A DNA stretch of 64,000 bases from Gemmatimonadota bacterium (GCA_039589315.1 JBDHHQ010000007.1:32001-96000); one strand, 5' to 3'; counted from the stretch's first letter, positions 29,684 to 40,022 are shown. Numbers and translations are program-made. Notes: generated by a model from the letters alone, not told the origin.

Positions 29684-31005
29684 TCTCGATCACGAGGATG
29701 CTGGGAGCCGCCGCGACGGCGTTGTTGGCCGCCGTCCCGGCGGGAGCCCAGGACGGTGCTTCGTACGCCATCACCGGCGCGGAGGCGCACACGCTGACGG
29801 GCCCATCGATGCCCGGGGCCACGGTGGTGATCGAGAACGGCGTCATCACGGCGGTCGGGACGGATGTCGACGTACCGGCGGAAGCCCAGGTGATCGACGC
29901 GACCGGCATGCACGTCTACCCCGGGCTGTTCGACGCCATGACCACGCTGGGCCTGACCGAGGTCGGCCAGGTGGACGTCACCAACGACTACCGGGAATAC
30001 GGGCCCTGGAATCCCCATCTGGTGGCGGCCACGGCAGTCCATCCTGCCAGTGAGCACATCCCCGTGGCCCGGGCCAACGGAGTGACCCACGCGGTGACCG
30101 CGCCCTCATCGGGCGGCGGCTTCCGCGGGGGCGGGGGCTCCGCCGCGATCCCCGGCCAGGGCACGCTGATCAACCTGGACGGCTGGACCGTCGAGGAGAT
30201 GGAGGCCCAGCATTCCGTGGGCCTCGTGATCAACTGGCCGACCATCCAGACGACGCGTTTCAACTTCCAGACTTTCAACCGCGAGGAGATTCCGTATCGC
30301 GAGGCGAAGGAGGCGTACGACGAGCAGCTGGAGGCGCTGACCGAGTGGATCAAGAGCGCCCGTCACCAGCTCTCGGCGAGCCAGGCCGGCTCGGATCGTA
30401 TTCCGGCGGACCTGAAGCTCGAGGCGCTGGCGAAGGCGATGGCGGGCGAGATTTCGGTCATCATCCGGGTGGACGGCGAGAAGAACATCAGAAACGCCGT
30501 CGAATACGCCGAGGAGCAGGGCTTCGACTTCGTGCTGGCCAGCGCCCGAGGTGCCTGGAAGGTGGCGGACCTGCTGGCGGAGAAGGACATACCCGTGATC
30601 CTCGGGACCACGCAATCGATGCCGACGGGTGACGACGAATCATACGACGAAGCGTATGCCAACCCCGGCAAGCTCCACGCCGCGGGCGTACGGTTCGCCA
30701 TTGCATCGTTCGGCTCTTCGAACGTGCGTACGTTGCCGTACGAAGCCGCTCAGGCGGTTCCATTCGGACTGCCCAGGGACGAAGCGCTTCTGGCCATCAC
30801 GCTTCGTCCGGCGGAGATCCTGGGGATCGACGACCGCTTCGGGACGATCGCGGCCGGGAAGGTGGCCAACTTGATCGTCACGGACGGAGATCCTCTGGAG
30901 ATCCAGACTCGCGTCCAGCACCTGATCATCGACGGCGTGCCGGTCGCGACGGACAACAAGCACGACGACCTGGCCGACAAGTACCGGGGACGCTACGCGA
31001 ACTAG
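29680..31005 (+). CDS. Secreted amidohydrolase-fold partner protein (likely non-catalytic)
   Basis: ATGA overlap; signal peptide; PGLFDAMTT lacks HxH; GTIAAGKVANL. Confidence 0.88.
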   Translation: MISITRMLGAAATALLAAVPAGAQDGASYAITGAEAHTLTGPSMPGATVVIENGVITAVGTDVDVPAEAQVIDATGMHVYPGLFDAMTTLGLTEVGQVDVTNDYREYGPWNPHLVAATAVHPASEHIPVARANGVTHAVTAPSSGGGFRGGGGSAAIPGQGTLINLDGWTVEEMEAQHSVGLVINWPTIQTTRFNFQTFNREEIPYREAKEAYDEQLEALTEWIKSARHQLSASQAGSDRIPADLKLEALAKAMAGEISVIIRVDGEKNIRNAVEYAEEQGFDFVLASARGAWKVADLLAEKDIPVILGTTQSMPTGDDESYDEAYANPGKLHAAGVRFAIASFGSSNVRTLPYEAAQAVPFGLPRDEALLAITLRPAEILGIDDRFGTIAAGKVANLIVTDGDPLEIQTRVQHLIIDGVPVATDNKHDDLADKYRGRYAN

Positions 31006-31056
31006 CGGAAGGGGAGTTCCCGCCCCTTCCACGGCGAGGCTGCTCGTCAGCCCAGC

Positions 31057-31096
31057 AAAAGGAGCCCCCGGATGCCGCGTCGGCGTCCGGGGGCTC
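31057..31096 (-). terminator. Intrinsic terminator-like hairpin between convergent operons
   Basis: 16-bp stem 31062-31077/31081-31096 followed by CTTTT on the minus strand; a second hairpin GGAAGGGG/CCCCTTCC lies at 31007-31030. Confidence 0.65.
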
Positions 31097-31140
31097 GTCC
31101 TTGGTCTCCCGGCCGGGGCGGGCCCCGCCGGCCCCTCGCG

Positions 31141-31488
31141 TCAGGACAGCATCGGCCCCAGCGGCCGCCCGCCCAGCAGATGCAGGTGCAGGTGGAAGAC
31201 CTCCTGGCCGCCGTGAGCCCGGCAGTTCAGGATCAGGCGGTAGCCGTCGTCCGCGATCCCCTCTGCGCGGGCGACCTCGGCGGCCACGCGCACCATGCGG
31301 CCTACGAGCGCGTCGTCGTCCGCCGTCACGTCGTCGGCGGTGGGGATGACCCGGTTGGGCACGACCAGCACGTGGACGGGTGCCAGCGGATTGATGTCAC
31401 GGAACGCGGTGACCATCTCGTCCCGATGGACGATGTCGGCGGGGATCTCACCCCGCACGATCTTCTGGAAGATGGTGTCTTCGGACAC
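31141..31488 (-). CDS. hinT: Histidine triad nucleotide-binding protein
   Basis: [20 protein letters not shown] and [15 protein letters not shown]. Confidence 0.93.
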   Translation of the reverse strand: MSEDTIFQKIVRGEIPADIVHRDEMVTAFRDINPLAPVHVLVVPNRVIPTADDVTADDDALVGRMVRVAAEVARAEGIADDGYRLILNCRAHGGQEVFHLHLHLLGGRPLGPMLS

Positions 31489-31621
31489 GGGCTCGACTCC
31501 TTGACCGGCGTAGTCCTCGGGTGGGACGTCCCGATGGTAGGGTGAGCGCCCGATCCCAGCCAGGGCCGCTGCGCGGAGACCGGGCCGTCCCTGGTCCGTC
31601 GAGCGGAAACCGCTTCGGTGC

Positions 31622-32344
31622 CTAGCGCTGCCGGACCTCGTCCTCGGCGGCCGCCTCCAGCCGACGGTCCAGAACCTCCCGGATGAAGTCGAGGGGCAGC
31701 GCGCCCATCATGGGAAAGCCGTCCACGAGAAACGTGGGTGTGCCCCGTGCACCGGCGAGGAACCCGAACCGCGTGCCCTGGCTCACCGTCTCGTCTCCAC
31801 GGCCCGCGGCCAGGCAGCGCTCCACCTGCTCCACGTCCGCTCCTACCTCAACCGCATACGCCAGCAGGAGCGCCTGCACGTCGTCCGACCGCTTCCACTC
31901 TTGCTGAGCTTCGAAGAGCCGGTCCCGGATCTGATCGAACAAGCCCTGCTCGCCGACGCACTCCGCCAAGACCGAGGCCTCCTTCGAGTTCGGGAACATG
32001 CCCGAGACGAACGTCACGTACTTCCAGCGGACCTTCCCCGATTCGATGTACTCCTGGAAGACGGTCGGGAAGCTCTCGAGGTGGAACTTCTGGCAGTAAT
32101 GACACCCGAAGTCACTGAGCTCGACGACCTGGACCGCGGCGTCGGGCGAGCCGTAGTCGTGGCCCAGGCTGTCCAGGTAGATGTCCTGGGCGGCGAGGGA
32201 GGTCGCCGTCAGAGCGGTAAGCACCAGGGCCGCCGAGCCCGGCAGCCATCCTCTGAGGTGGCCACGGGAGCGATCGGCCCTCCGGGCGAGAGCGAGTACG
32301 CGATAGGCGCCCGAAACGAGGGAGGACGAACGATACGTAATCAC
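31622..32344 (-). CDS. DsbA/thioredoxin-4 family protein
   Basis: SDFGCHYC active site and GTPTF cis-Pro loop; GTGA-coupled to the CDF gene. Confidence 0.88.
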   Translation of the reverse strand: MITYRSSSLVSGAYRVLALARRADRSRGHLRGWLPGSAALVLTALTATSLAAQDIYLDSLGHDYGSPDAAVQVVELSDFGCHYCQKFHLESFPTVFQEYIESGKVRWKYVTFVSGMFPNSKEASVLAECVGEQGLFDQIRDRLFEAQQEWKRSDDVQALLLAYAVEVGADVEQVERCLAAGRGDETVSQGTRFGFLAGARGTPTFLVDGFPMMGALPLDFIREVLDRRLEAAAEDEVRQR

Positions 32345-33360
32345 GCCCCTTCAACACCGGACGACCGATCGCGGTTTCCCGCATCACTGGCGTCCTCCTC
32401 GAGCCTGGGCGGCCCGCTGGCGATGGAGGCCCGGAGCCAGCGCTCGTGTCCGCCGGTGAAGAGTACGTCCAGGCTCAGGTCAGGGAACGCGGGTTTCAGC
32501 GCCTCATAGATGCGCCCCCGGACCTGGTCCAGCAGCGCGACACTGCCGATTTCCACCTCGTCCGGCACGAGCAGGTAGATCTGCACGTAGATGAGCCGCC
32601 CGGCCTTGAGCATCCGGACCCAGGGCTTCACGTCGGCGAGCTCGGCGAACTCTCCCGCCAGGAGGTCGTGGACCCTCTGCTGGACCCCAGGCTCGGGTGC
32701 GCCTCCCATGAGCTCCCGGAACCCCATCCAAGCGGTCCGGACCGGCATCGGGGCGATCAGCAACACGAGCAGCACTACCAAGCCGGGATCCGCGTAGGGC
32801 ACGAGCCAGGCCAGGCCGCTATCGCGGAGCAGGAACGCCGCCAGGAAGGCAACGGCGACTGCGGCGCTGAGGAGCCCGTCGACGATCCAGTTCTTGACAT
32901 CCACCTGCAGGAGAGGAGACCCCGAGCGACGGGCGGCTGCCCGCAGCATAGCGGCCACGGCAGCGCATCCGCCGGCCGCGACGACTGCGTAGATCGTTGC
33001 CCACCCGGCCTGCACCTCCCGTCCGCCATGGCGAATCGCGTCCACGGACGACACGAGGGCGAAGAGGGCCACGAAGCCGATCACGAGGCCTTTGGTCAGG
33101 TTGATGAGGGGCTCGTAGCCCGAGAAGCCGAACTGATAAGCAGGGCTCGCCGGCTGCTGGACCATCTGGGAGACACGGATCGTGGCCAGGGCGATGGCAA
33201 ACCCCACCACCGAGAAGAGGCCGTCCAGCATGATGGCTTCAGAGCGGGTGAGGAGTCCGAAGCCGAGCCCCAGTCCCCCCATGGCCAAGCCCGACCATGC
33301 GCCGATCCACAGAGCCCGCTGCTCGACGCGGGCCCGCCGGGCCTTCGTCATCTCGGTCAT
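32341..33360 (-). CDS. Cation diffusion facilitator family transporter
   Basis: SEAIMLDGLFS, YQFGFSGYEP, NWIVD and YADP; six TM helices plus a C-terminal domain; ATG at 33360. Confidence 0.88.
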   Translation of the reverse strand: MTEMTKARRARVEQRALWIGAWSGLAMGGLGLGFGLLTRSEAIMLDGLFSVVGFAIALATIRVSQMVQQPASPAYQFGFSGYEPLINLTKGLVIGFVALFALVSSVDAIRHGGREVQAGWATIYAVVAAGGCAAVAAMLRAAARRSGSPLLQVDVKNWIVDGLLSAAVAVAFLAAFLLRDSGLAWLVPYADPGLVVLLVLLIAPMPVRTAWMGFRELMGGAPEPGVQQRVHDLLAGEFAELADVKPWVRMLKAGRLIYVQIYLLVPDEVEIGSVALLDQVRGRIYEALKPAFPDLSLDVLFTGGHERWLRASIASGPPRLEEDASDAGNRDRSSGVEGA

Positions 33361-33576
33361 CGGTGTTCGACCCCCCGCGGACAGTGAGACGTTCGGGCGC
33401 ATCGTTCGTGCGGGAGAGAGCGATCCGGCCGCCACCGTCGTGGTGGCCCGGATGGCATTCCGGCGAGGCGAACAGTCGCGACTCTGCCGCCTGTCAGCAA
33501 TGGCGCTTATCTTGCGCGAGCCCGGCGCCGGCCGGAGTAGAATGTGATGGCTCGATCCTGACCTCGGGAGGTCCCA

Positions 33577-35142
33577 ATGAGAGGCTGCCCACTGCGTGTG
33601 ATCCAGACACTCTTGCTGGTGCCCGCATTCCTGGCGTCCGGTGCCGCAGCGCAGCAGGATCCTCTCGGTGGCCCTTACGACCGCCTCGTGATCCGCGGCG
33701 CGACGGTGATCGACGGCACGGGCGGACCCCCGGTTGGACCCATGGACATCGTGATCGAACAGGGCACGATCACCGCGCTGCGTCGCGTCACCGCGCTGGA
33801 CCTGGCCGAGGGTGGGGCGCGAGCCGCCGGTGAGCGGGTCATCGACGCGACCGGTCTCTACGTCATGCCGGGGATCATCGACGCGCACACCCACATGGGT
33901 AGGGAGGGCCTTCCCGAGGACTACATCACCAAGCTGTGGCTCGGACACGGGATCACGTCGGTCAAGGTCTTCACCGGCGGTGGATCCGACCCCGCGCTGG
34001 GAATCGCCGCCGCTCAGCACGGCGGAGAGGACGTTCTGGCACCGGAGCTCGTCCTCTACCGGTTCTGGCGGGGTGACGACCCCCGCTTCTGGGACCCCGA
34101 GCGGGTCGGCGAGATCGTGGCCGAGTGGGCGGCCGAGGGCATCGACGGCGTGAAGATCGCCGGCAAGCCCGGTCTGCTCCCCGACGTGCTCCCCGCAATC
34201 GTGGAGGCGACCCAGGCTCACGGAATGGGCGTTTCGGTCCACATCGGCGGCGACGGCGTGAACCCCATGAACGCGGTCCAGGTGGCCAAGGCCGGCGTCA
34301 CCACCATCGAGCACCACTACGGGTACGCCGAGTCCACCTTCACCGACCACGACGTGCAGGCGGCCCTGGCACCCGACTTCGATTACGGAGCGGAGCTCAA
34401 GCGCTTCCGGGCGTCGGGCGGCGTCTGGGACGAGGCCGAGCTCGACCAGCTCTACGGTCCCGTGTCGGACACCCTGCTCGAGCTGAGCCAGCACGGCATG
34501 TTCACGATGGTACCCACCTTTTCCGTGTACGAGGACCAGACCGACCTGGCCCGGGCCCAGAACCTGCCGTGGCTCGACGACTACACCATGCCCTCGGTCA
34601 TGGAGCGGTGGACGCCCAACCCCGAAGTGCACGGCTCCTTCTACTTCGAGTGGACCAGCGCGGACGAGGCCACCTGGAGCCGGATGTTCATCAAGTGGCT
34701 GCCCTGGGTGAATGACTGGAAGAACCGAGGCGGGCGGGTGGCGGTGGGCTCCGACACGGGGACCTCGTACCACTTGTACGGGTTCGGCACCGTCCGCGAG
34801 CTGGAGCTCATGCAACGGGCGGGGTTCCATCCGCTGGAGATCGTGAGGTCCGCCACCAAGGAGAGCGCCCGGGCCATCGGCCGTGAGGGGACCGGTGTCA
34901 TCCGGCCTGGCTACCAGGCAGACCTGCTCGTGTTGGAGATGAACCCGCTGGAGGATTTCAAGGTGCTCTACGGCACGGGCGTGACCCGCGTGAGCCTGGA
35001 AGGGGAGTCCACCACGCTCCACGGCCTGAAATACACGATCCTGGACGGACGCGTGCTGGACGCCGGCGTGCTCCTGGAGGACGTGGCGGAGATGGTCCGG
35101 GAGGCCAAGGCGGCGCCCCGGACCGACGGGGGTGGGCCGTGA
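33577..35142 (+). CDS. Secreted amidohydrolase
   Basis: Signal peptide; PGIIDAHTH, GVK, SVH, EH and GSDTG. Confidence 0.9.
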   Translation: MRGCPLRVIQTLLLVPAFLASGAAAQQDPLGGPYDRLVIRGATVIDGTGGPPVGPMDIVIEQGTITALRRVTALDLAEGGARAAGERVIDATGLYVMPGIIDAHTHMGREGLPEDYITKLWLGHGITSVKVFTGGGSDPALGIAAAQHGGEDVLAPELVLYRFWRGDDPRFWDPERVGEIVAEWAAEGIDGVKIAGKPGLLPDVLPAIVEATQAHGMGVSVHIGGDGVNPMNAVQVAKAGVTTIEHHYGYAESTFTDHDVQAALAPDFDYGAELKRFRASGGVWDEAELDQLYGPVSDTLLELSQHGMFTMVPTFSVYEDQTDLARAQNLPWLDDYTMPSVMERWTPNPEVHGSFYFEWTSADEATWSRMFIKWLPWVNDWKNRGGRVAVGSDTGTSYHLYGFGTVRELELMQRAGFHPLEIVRSATKESARAIGREGTGVIRPGYQADLLVLEMNPLEDFKVLYGTGVTRVSLEGESTTLHGLKYTILDGRVLDAGVLLEDVAEMVREAKAAPRTDGGGP

Positions 35143-37667
35143 CCTCAGGGCCGTGGAGCTCCTCGGTGACCAGGTTGCTCAAGACGGCCGTACCGGCCCG
35201 AACATGCTGGTGGCTGCTGGCGTTCTTCCTGACCGTCACCTGCGTCGACCTCGCGGCCCAGCAGATGCCGAAGGAGGACTACATCAGGTATGTCCCCTTG
35301 GAATACCCTCGCATCGTCAGGCAGACCGACGCGAGCCGGCGCTTCCAGCTGCTCGGTGACCCTTCCGCCCCCGGATACCGGGACGTGGACCCGGTCGACG
35401 GCATCGACGACGCGAGGGGCCGGGTCCTTCAGGCACTGGGAGAGCGCTTCGCCCCGTATCTGGTCCAGAACACCACCAGTGTGCCGATGGACCACCGGCG
35501 CTTCATGGACCGGGCTCAGACCTGGCCTCTCTACGTGGATACGTGGGATCTGACCCGGCAACCCGAGCTCGTAGGCGAGGATCGTATCGATCTGGTGCGA
35601 TTGGAGCGCGATCCTTGTCCCAATGCCCAGGGCGCGGCCGCGTCCGCAGTCGACGACTGCCGCCTGCTGGCGCTGCTGGACGAGTTCGATCCAGACGACC
35701 CGTCTCACGCCCGGGCCGGGACCGACGCGCGTGCCCCTGAACGGGATCTGTTCAAGGTCCTGTACTTCAACTTCCCTGGCCACGACGACTCCAGCTGGAA
35801 TGAGGAGTACACCAACGCCCACTCCAATACGCTCGCGGAGCGCTACCGCGATTTCGTGAAGACGTTCGTCCACCCGTTCATCCATGAGGTCACGTCCAAC
35901 GTGGATGGCTCCGTGTCTTACGAGCTCGTCCTCCAGTACTGGTTCTTCTACCCGACCAATGACGGCGGCAACAACCACGAAGGGGATTGGGAGCATCTCG
36001 GTGTGGTGGTCACTCCAATGAGCCGCGTCGGGCAACCCCTCGCGGCCGAGGATATCCTCGGGATGTTGGACGGATCGGCGCTGGGGGACTCGGCGGATCC
36101 GCTCGTTATCGGCCGGCTGGACTACTACATCCACAACCACGTCATGCAGCTCGACCTGTCCCAGCCCAACGTCTACCTGCCGCGGGCGGAGTGGGAAGCC
36201 CAGGTCGCAGCCGCAACCGAGCAGGTCTCCGGTGAGAAGTGGATGTGGCGTCAGCTTCGTCGTCGAGCGTGGGTCGACGAGGCGGAGACCGTCGTCAACA
36301 CGCATCCCTTCGGCTACATCGGGGCCGACAACAAGGGGACCGACCAGCTGCTGGCAATGCCCGGCGGCAAGAACCGGGACTCCCACGCCACATATCCCTT
36401 CGCGGGCCTGTACAAGGACATTGGACCTGCCGGGGCTTCCGAGCAGGTGACCTCCTGGGTCGACTTCCGCGCGTACCTCAACGATCCAGACGTCCTGAAG
36501 AAGCAGCCGTACGGGCGCGGATGGATCCAACGCCTGGATGAGGCGGGGCGCGTAGAGATCGTGCCGGACTGGGAACGGATCCAGTCCCTTCTTCGCACGG
36601 ATCCCGCTGTGCGCAAGCGCTGGAGCTGGCTGCTTCTTCCCCTGCGTTGGGGGTATCCGGCCACTCCGTCCCCCTTCGCCGGAGTCGTGGCCCACGCGGA
36701 AACCGGCAACCTGGCCGTCGTGGGTCCCTCGTACAGCAGCGGCTGGAACAAGGCGGGGGCCTCCGGCGGGTTCACGCCCTTTGCGCCACATCGCTTTTCC
36801 GGCTTCTTCGCCCTGGGCTGGCAGGACACGTTCGTCAACGACTGGGGCTTCCTGAACGCGACGCTGCCCACCCTCACCATCCTGCCGCCGTTTGATATCG
36901 TCTTCCGGGTCCTGCTGGCGCCGGTCCGCGTCGTGGCCGGTCGGCACGAATCGACTTTCTTCCACACCGAGCGAATCCCCTTCCGGTTCATCGGTCTGGT
37001 CGGGGGGATCGGCGACGAGAGCATCCCGAGCGAATTCACGGCCTTGTACGCCAACACGGAGCAGCTCCTGCAGATACTCCAGAGGATCGAGGAGGCGGAT
37101 TCCACGCTGACCAGCCCGCTCGGGGAGGAGTTCAGCCGGGAGGGAAGGAGCGTGTTCGGGGGCATCAGCCTTTTCGTGGGCAAGAGCTTCGTAAGCGAGA
37201 ATCTCGTGAAGCACGTGACTGGAGTAGTGGGCGAGCGGATCGCGCTCGCGGGGCAGACCGAGCCCTTCGTCACCGAGGCGGACCTCGACCTCTGGGAGTA
37301 CGCGGGCAGCCTCCGCTACAGCCTGGCGACGGATCGAATGCAGCCCTTCGGCCGGGCCGGTTGGGGATGGTCGTGGTACCGGCTGCGAAACGTCTCGACG
37401 CAGGGTGAGCCTCTACCCACGCCGGACTCGCCGTGGGTGAACAACTTCACCTGGCACTTCGGCTTCGGTCTGGAGTTCCTCCCCATCAAAGGCACCGGCC
37501 GGGGTTTCGGTGGGTTGGACGCGGGCGTCCGCGGTGAGATGGTGTGGTACCGCCACCGCCTGGGTGCCGATCAGATCGCGGATCCCATCATCCTGGCCGC
37601 CGGACAGGTCGAAAGCGGAAGCGTTACCCGGCGCCAGTTGAGCCTGGCGATTACGTTGAGCTTCTGA
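35139..37667 (+). CDS. Secreted Vps62/NLP-like domain fused to a C-terminal outer-membrane barrel
   Basis: RFAPYL, LQYWFFYPTN, NHEGDWEH, THP, SHATYP and RWG...GP motifs; amphipathic strands ending LAITLSF. Confidence 0.65.
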   Translation: MTSGPWSSSVTRLLKTAVPARTCWWLLAFFLTVTCVDLAAQQMPKEDYIRYVPLEYPRIVRQTDASRRFQLLGDPSAPGYRDVDPVDGIDDARGRVLQALGERFAPYLVQNTTSVPMDHRRFMDRAQTWPLYVDTWDLTRQPELVGEDRIDLVRLERDPCPNAQGAAASAVDDCRLLALLDEFDPDDPSHARAGTDARAPERDLFKVLYFNFPGHDDSSWNEEYTNAHSNTLAERYRDFVKTFVHPFIHEVTSNVDGSVSYELVLQYWFFYPTNDGGNNHEGDWEHLGVVVTPMSRVGQPLAAEDILGMLDGSALGDSADPLVIGRLDYYIHNHVMQLDLSQPNVYLPRAEWEAQVAAATEQVSGEKWMWRQLRRRAWVDEAETVVNTHPFGYIGADNKGTDQLLAMPGGKNRDSHATYPFAGLYKDIGPAGASEQVTSWVDFRAYLNDPDVLKKQPYGRGWIQRLDEAGRVEIVPDWERIQSLLRTDPAVRKRWSWLLLPLRWGYPATPSPFAGVVAHAETGNLAVVGPSYSSGWNKAGASGGFTPFAPHRFSGFFALGWQDTFVNDWGFLNATLPTLTILPPFDIVFRVLLAPVRVVAGRHESTFFHTERIPFRFIGLVGGIGDESIPSEFTALYANTEQLLQILQRIEEADSTLTSPLGEEFSREGRSVFGGISLFVGKSFVSENLVKHVTGVVGERIALAGQTEPFVTEADLDLWEYAGSLRYSLATDRMQPFGRAGWGWSWYRLRNVSTQGEPLPTPDSPWVNNFTWHFGFGLEFLPIKGTGRGFGGLDAGVRGEMVWYRHRLGADQIADPIILAAGQVESGSVTRRQLSLAITLSF

Positions 37668-37724
37668 CCTGCGCCCAACGGAGGTGCCATCGCGATGAGT
37701 CGTGATTCCAGGACTGGCTAGCGG

Positions 37725-38897
37725 ATGACGGCGAAGGCTCACTCACTCGAAGGCCTCAGGGTCGTGGACCTGTCGCAGAACCTGGCAGGTCCCGTGTGCA
37801 CCCGGATCCTCGCGGATCTGGGGGCGGACGTGATCAAGGTGGAGCCCCCCGGGGGAGATTCAGCCCGAGCGTGGGGGCCTCCGTTCTGGGGGGGCGAGAG
37901 CCCACTGTTCCTGGTGGGGAACCGGAACAAGCGCAGCCTGACGCTCGACCTGAAGGACGAGTCGGGCAAGAGGGCACTCCGCGGCCTCGTGGGGACGGCG
38001 GACGTGTTCGTGCAATCGCTACGAGCCGGAGTCGTCGAGCGATTGGGGTTTGGATACGAGGAGGTCCGACGGATCCGGCCGGACGTGATCTACGTGTCCG
38101 TCACGGCGTACGGACCCGATGGGCCCCTGAGCCACCTGCCCGGTTACGACCCGCTGATGCAGGCCCACAGCGGACTCATGTCCATCACCGGAGACCCGAG
38201 CACGGGACCCTCCAGGACCGGAGCGTCGGTCGTCGACATCAGCACGGGCATGTGGGGCGCGATCGGTGTCCTTTCTGCGCTCCGCACCCGGGAGCGAACC
38301 GGCGAGGGCACGCACGTGGTCACCTCGCTGCTCGAGAGCGCCCTGGGCCTCGTGTCGTACCACCTGATCGGGTATCTGGCGACCGGGCACGTTCCTGGAC
38401 CCATGGGATCGGGGATCTCCATGATCGTCCCGTACGAGGCGTTCCCCACCACGGACGGCCGCCTCATGATCGCCGCGGGCAACGACGCCACGTTTCGCCG
38501 GCTCTGCCAGGCGCTGGACCTGGACGAGCTCGCCGACGATCCCCGCTTCACCACCAACCCCGACCGGGTGGCGAGCCGTCAGGCCCTCGTCCCTCGCATC
38601 GCCAAGGCGACTGCCACGCGAACCACCGATGAGCTGCGGACGCTCCTCGACCGCCACGCCGTGCCGAGCGGCCCCATCAACGACGTGGCGCAGGTCGTGG
38701 CGGACCCGCAGGTCGTAGCCACGGGGGTCCTGGAACCGGCGGATCATCCCGACATCGCGGACTACCGGACCCTCCACCTGCCGCTTCGTTGGAACGGTGA
38801 GCGTGCCCCGTATCGCCGTCCCCCGCCCAGGGCGGGCGAGCACACGGCGGAGGTGCTGGCCGAGCTGGACGGCGAGCCAGACGCTGGCGACGGGTAG
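37725..38897 (+). CDS. CaiB/BaiF family III CoA-transferase
   Basis: LEGLRVVDLS, LAGP, LGADVIKVEPP, NRNKRS, GYD and the catalytic-Asp region VVDISTG. Confidence 0.95.
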   Translation: MTAKAHSLEGLRVVDLSQNLAGPVCTRILADLGADVIKVEPPGGDSARAWGPPFWGGESPLFLVGNRNKRSLTLDLKDESGKRALRGLVGTADVFVQSLRAGVVERLGFGYEEVRRIRPDVIYVSVTAYGPDGPLSHLPGYDPLMQAHSGLMSITGDPSTGPSRTGASVVDISTGMWGAIGVLSALRTRERTGEGTHVVTSLLESALGLVSYHLIGYLATGHVPGPMGSGISMIVPYEAFPTTDGRLMIAAGNDATFRRLCQALDLDELADDPRFTTNPDRVASRQALVPRIAKATATRTTDELRTLLDRHAVPSGPINDVAQVVADPQVVATGVLEPADHPDIADYRTLHLPLRWNGERAPYRRPPPRAGEHTAEVLAELDGEPDAGDG

Positions 38898-39038
38898 CTC
38901 GGTCGGGTCTCGACATGCGGAGGGGGGGCACCCGGCCCGATCTGACGCGAGCGGTGCCGGTGGCGACGACCAGACGGGGGGCGCCTCGGGGGTTCCGTGT
39001 CGATCCGCGTGAGTGGTGCGCCGGTCGACGGCAGGACG

Positions 39039-40022
39039 TCAGGGCGACCCGGTCCGGGCTTCGCGCCAGGCTTCGGTGGCCCGATGGAGCGGAATCGGCG
39101 GCGAGTCCAGGGTGGCCAGGTCGATCTGCTCGGCCTGGGGGTGCACCTGGATGAGCCCGTCCCGCTCTTCCGCGAGCACGTCCAGCAGGTGCGTCACCAC
39201 CTCGTCATCGAGGGACGCCATCCCGACGACCCAGTTCATGACCGCCACCGTCCGGATCGGCTCGTCCACGCCCGGATATGCGCCGGCGGGGATCTCACCC
39301 GGCAGGTAGTACGGGAACTCCGCCACCATCGCCTCCACCACGCCGGCGTCCAGCGGCAACAGCTCGATGCCTCCCGTGGTGGTGGCATCGAGGACGCTGG
39401 AGGCCGGGAAGCCCACCGAGATGGTGGCGGCGTCGATGGCTCGGTCCTTCAGAGCGGCCGACGCCTCGGCGAACGAGAGGAACTGCTCCTCCACGTCATC
39501 GTAGGTCAGCCCGTGCGCAGCGAGGAGCTGCCGCGAGATCTGCTCGGTGCCACTACCCGGAGGGCCCACCGCCACCCGCTTGCCTCGGAGATCGGCCAGG
39601 GACGCGACCCCGGATCCGGGCGCTACCATGATCTGCGTCATGTTCGGGTAGAGCGGTGCCAGCACGCGAAGGTCGGAGACGGGCTCCGGATAGTCCTCGC
39701 TGCCGCGCTGGGCCTGCCACATGGTGATCGCCAGGGCGAACGCCAAGTCCATCTCGCCCGTGCGGAGCCGGTTGATGTTCTCGACCGACCCGCCGGTCAC
39801 CTCGGCCGTGTACTGGCGGAGAGAGTCCCGCAGTGACAGGCGGCTGGCCACCGCGCCGCCCAGCGGATAGTAGATGCCACCTGTGCCGGCCGTTCCGAGC
39901 GACATGAAGCGCGTCGTCCGCGTGCCCTCACCGCCGCAGGACGCTGCGGTTGCCGCTGACAGGAGGACCGCCCCGACAATCCATCGCCGGGTGCGAGGTC
40001 GCCGGCTCAAGGGTCCCACCAC
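39039..40022 (-). CDS. TAXI-family TRAP solute-binding lipoprotein
   Basis: Lipobox AAS-C; GTAGTGGIYYPLG, TGGSVEN, GPPGSGT and PIPLH; start approximate. Confidence 0.88.
   Translation of the reverse strand: MVGPLSRRPRTRRWIVGAVLLSAATAASCGGEGTRTTRFMSLGTAGTGGIYYPLGGAVASRLSLRDSLRQYTAEVTGGSVENINRLRTGEMDLAFALAITMWQAQRGSEDYPEPVSDLRVLAPLYPNMTQIMVAPGSGVASLADLRGKRVAVGPPGSGTEQISRQLLAAHGLTYDDVEEQFLSFAEASAALKDRAIDAATISVGFPASSVLDATTTGGIELLPLDAGVVEAMVAEFPYYLPGEIPAGAYPGVDEPIRTVAVMNWVVGMASLDDEVVTHLLDVLAEERDGLIQVHPQAEQIDLATLDSPPIPLHRATEAWREARTGSP

Noticed and set aside
33361..35022. 893-aa CDF ORF, and similarly extended ORFs at 43808, 29209, 41811 and 61756
   Set aside because: Stop-poor alternative or antisense frames typical of high-GC DNA; internal starts with RBS or gene overlap fit the family lengths
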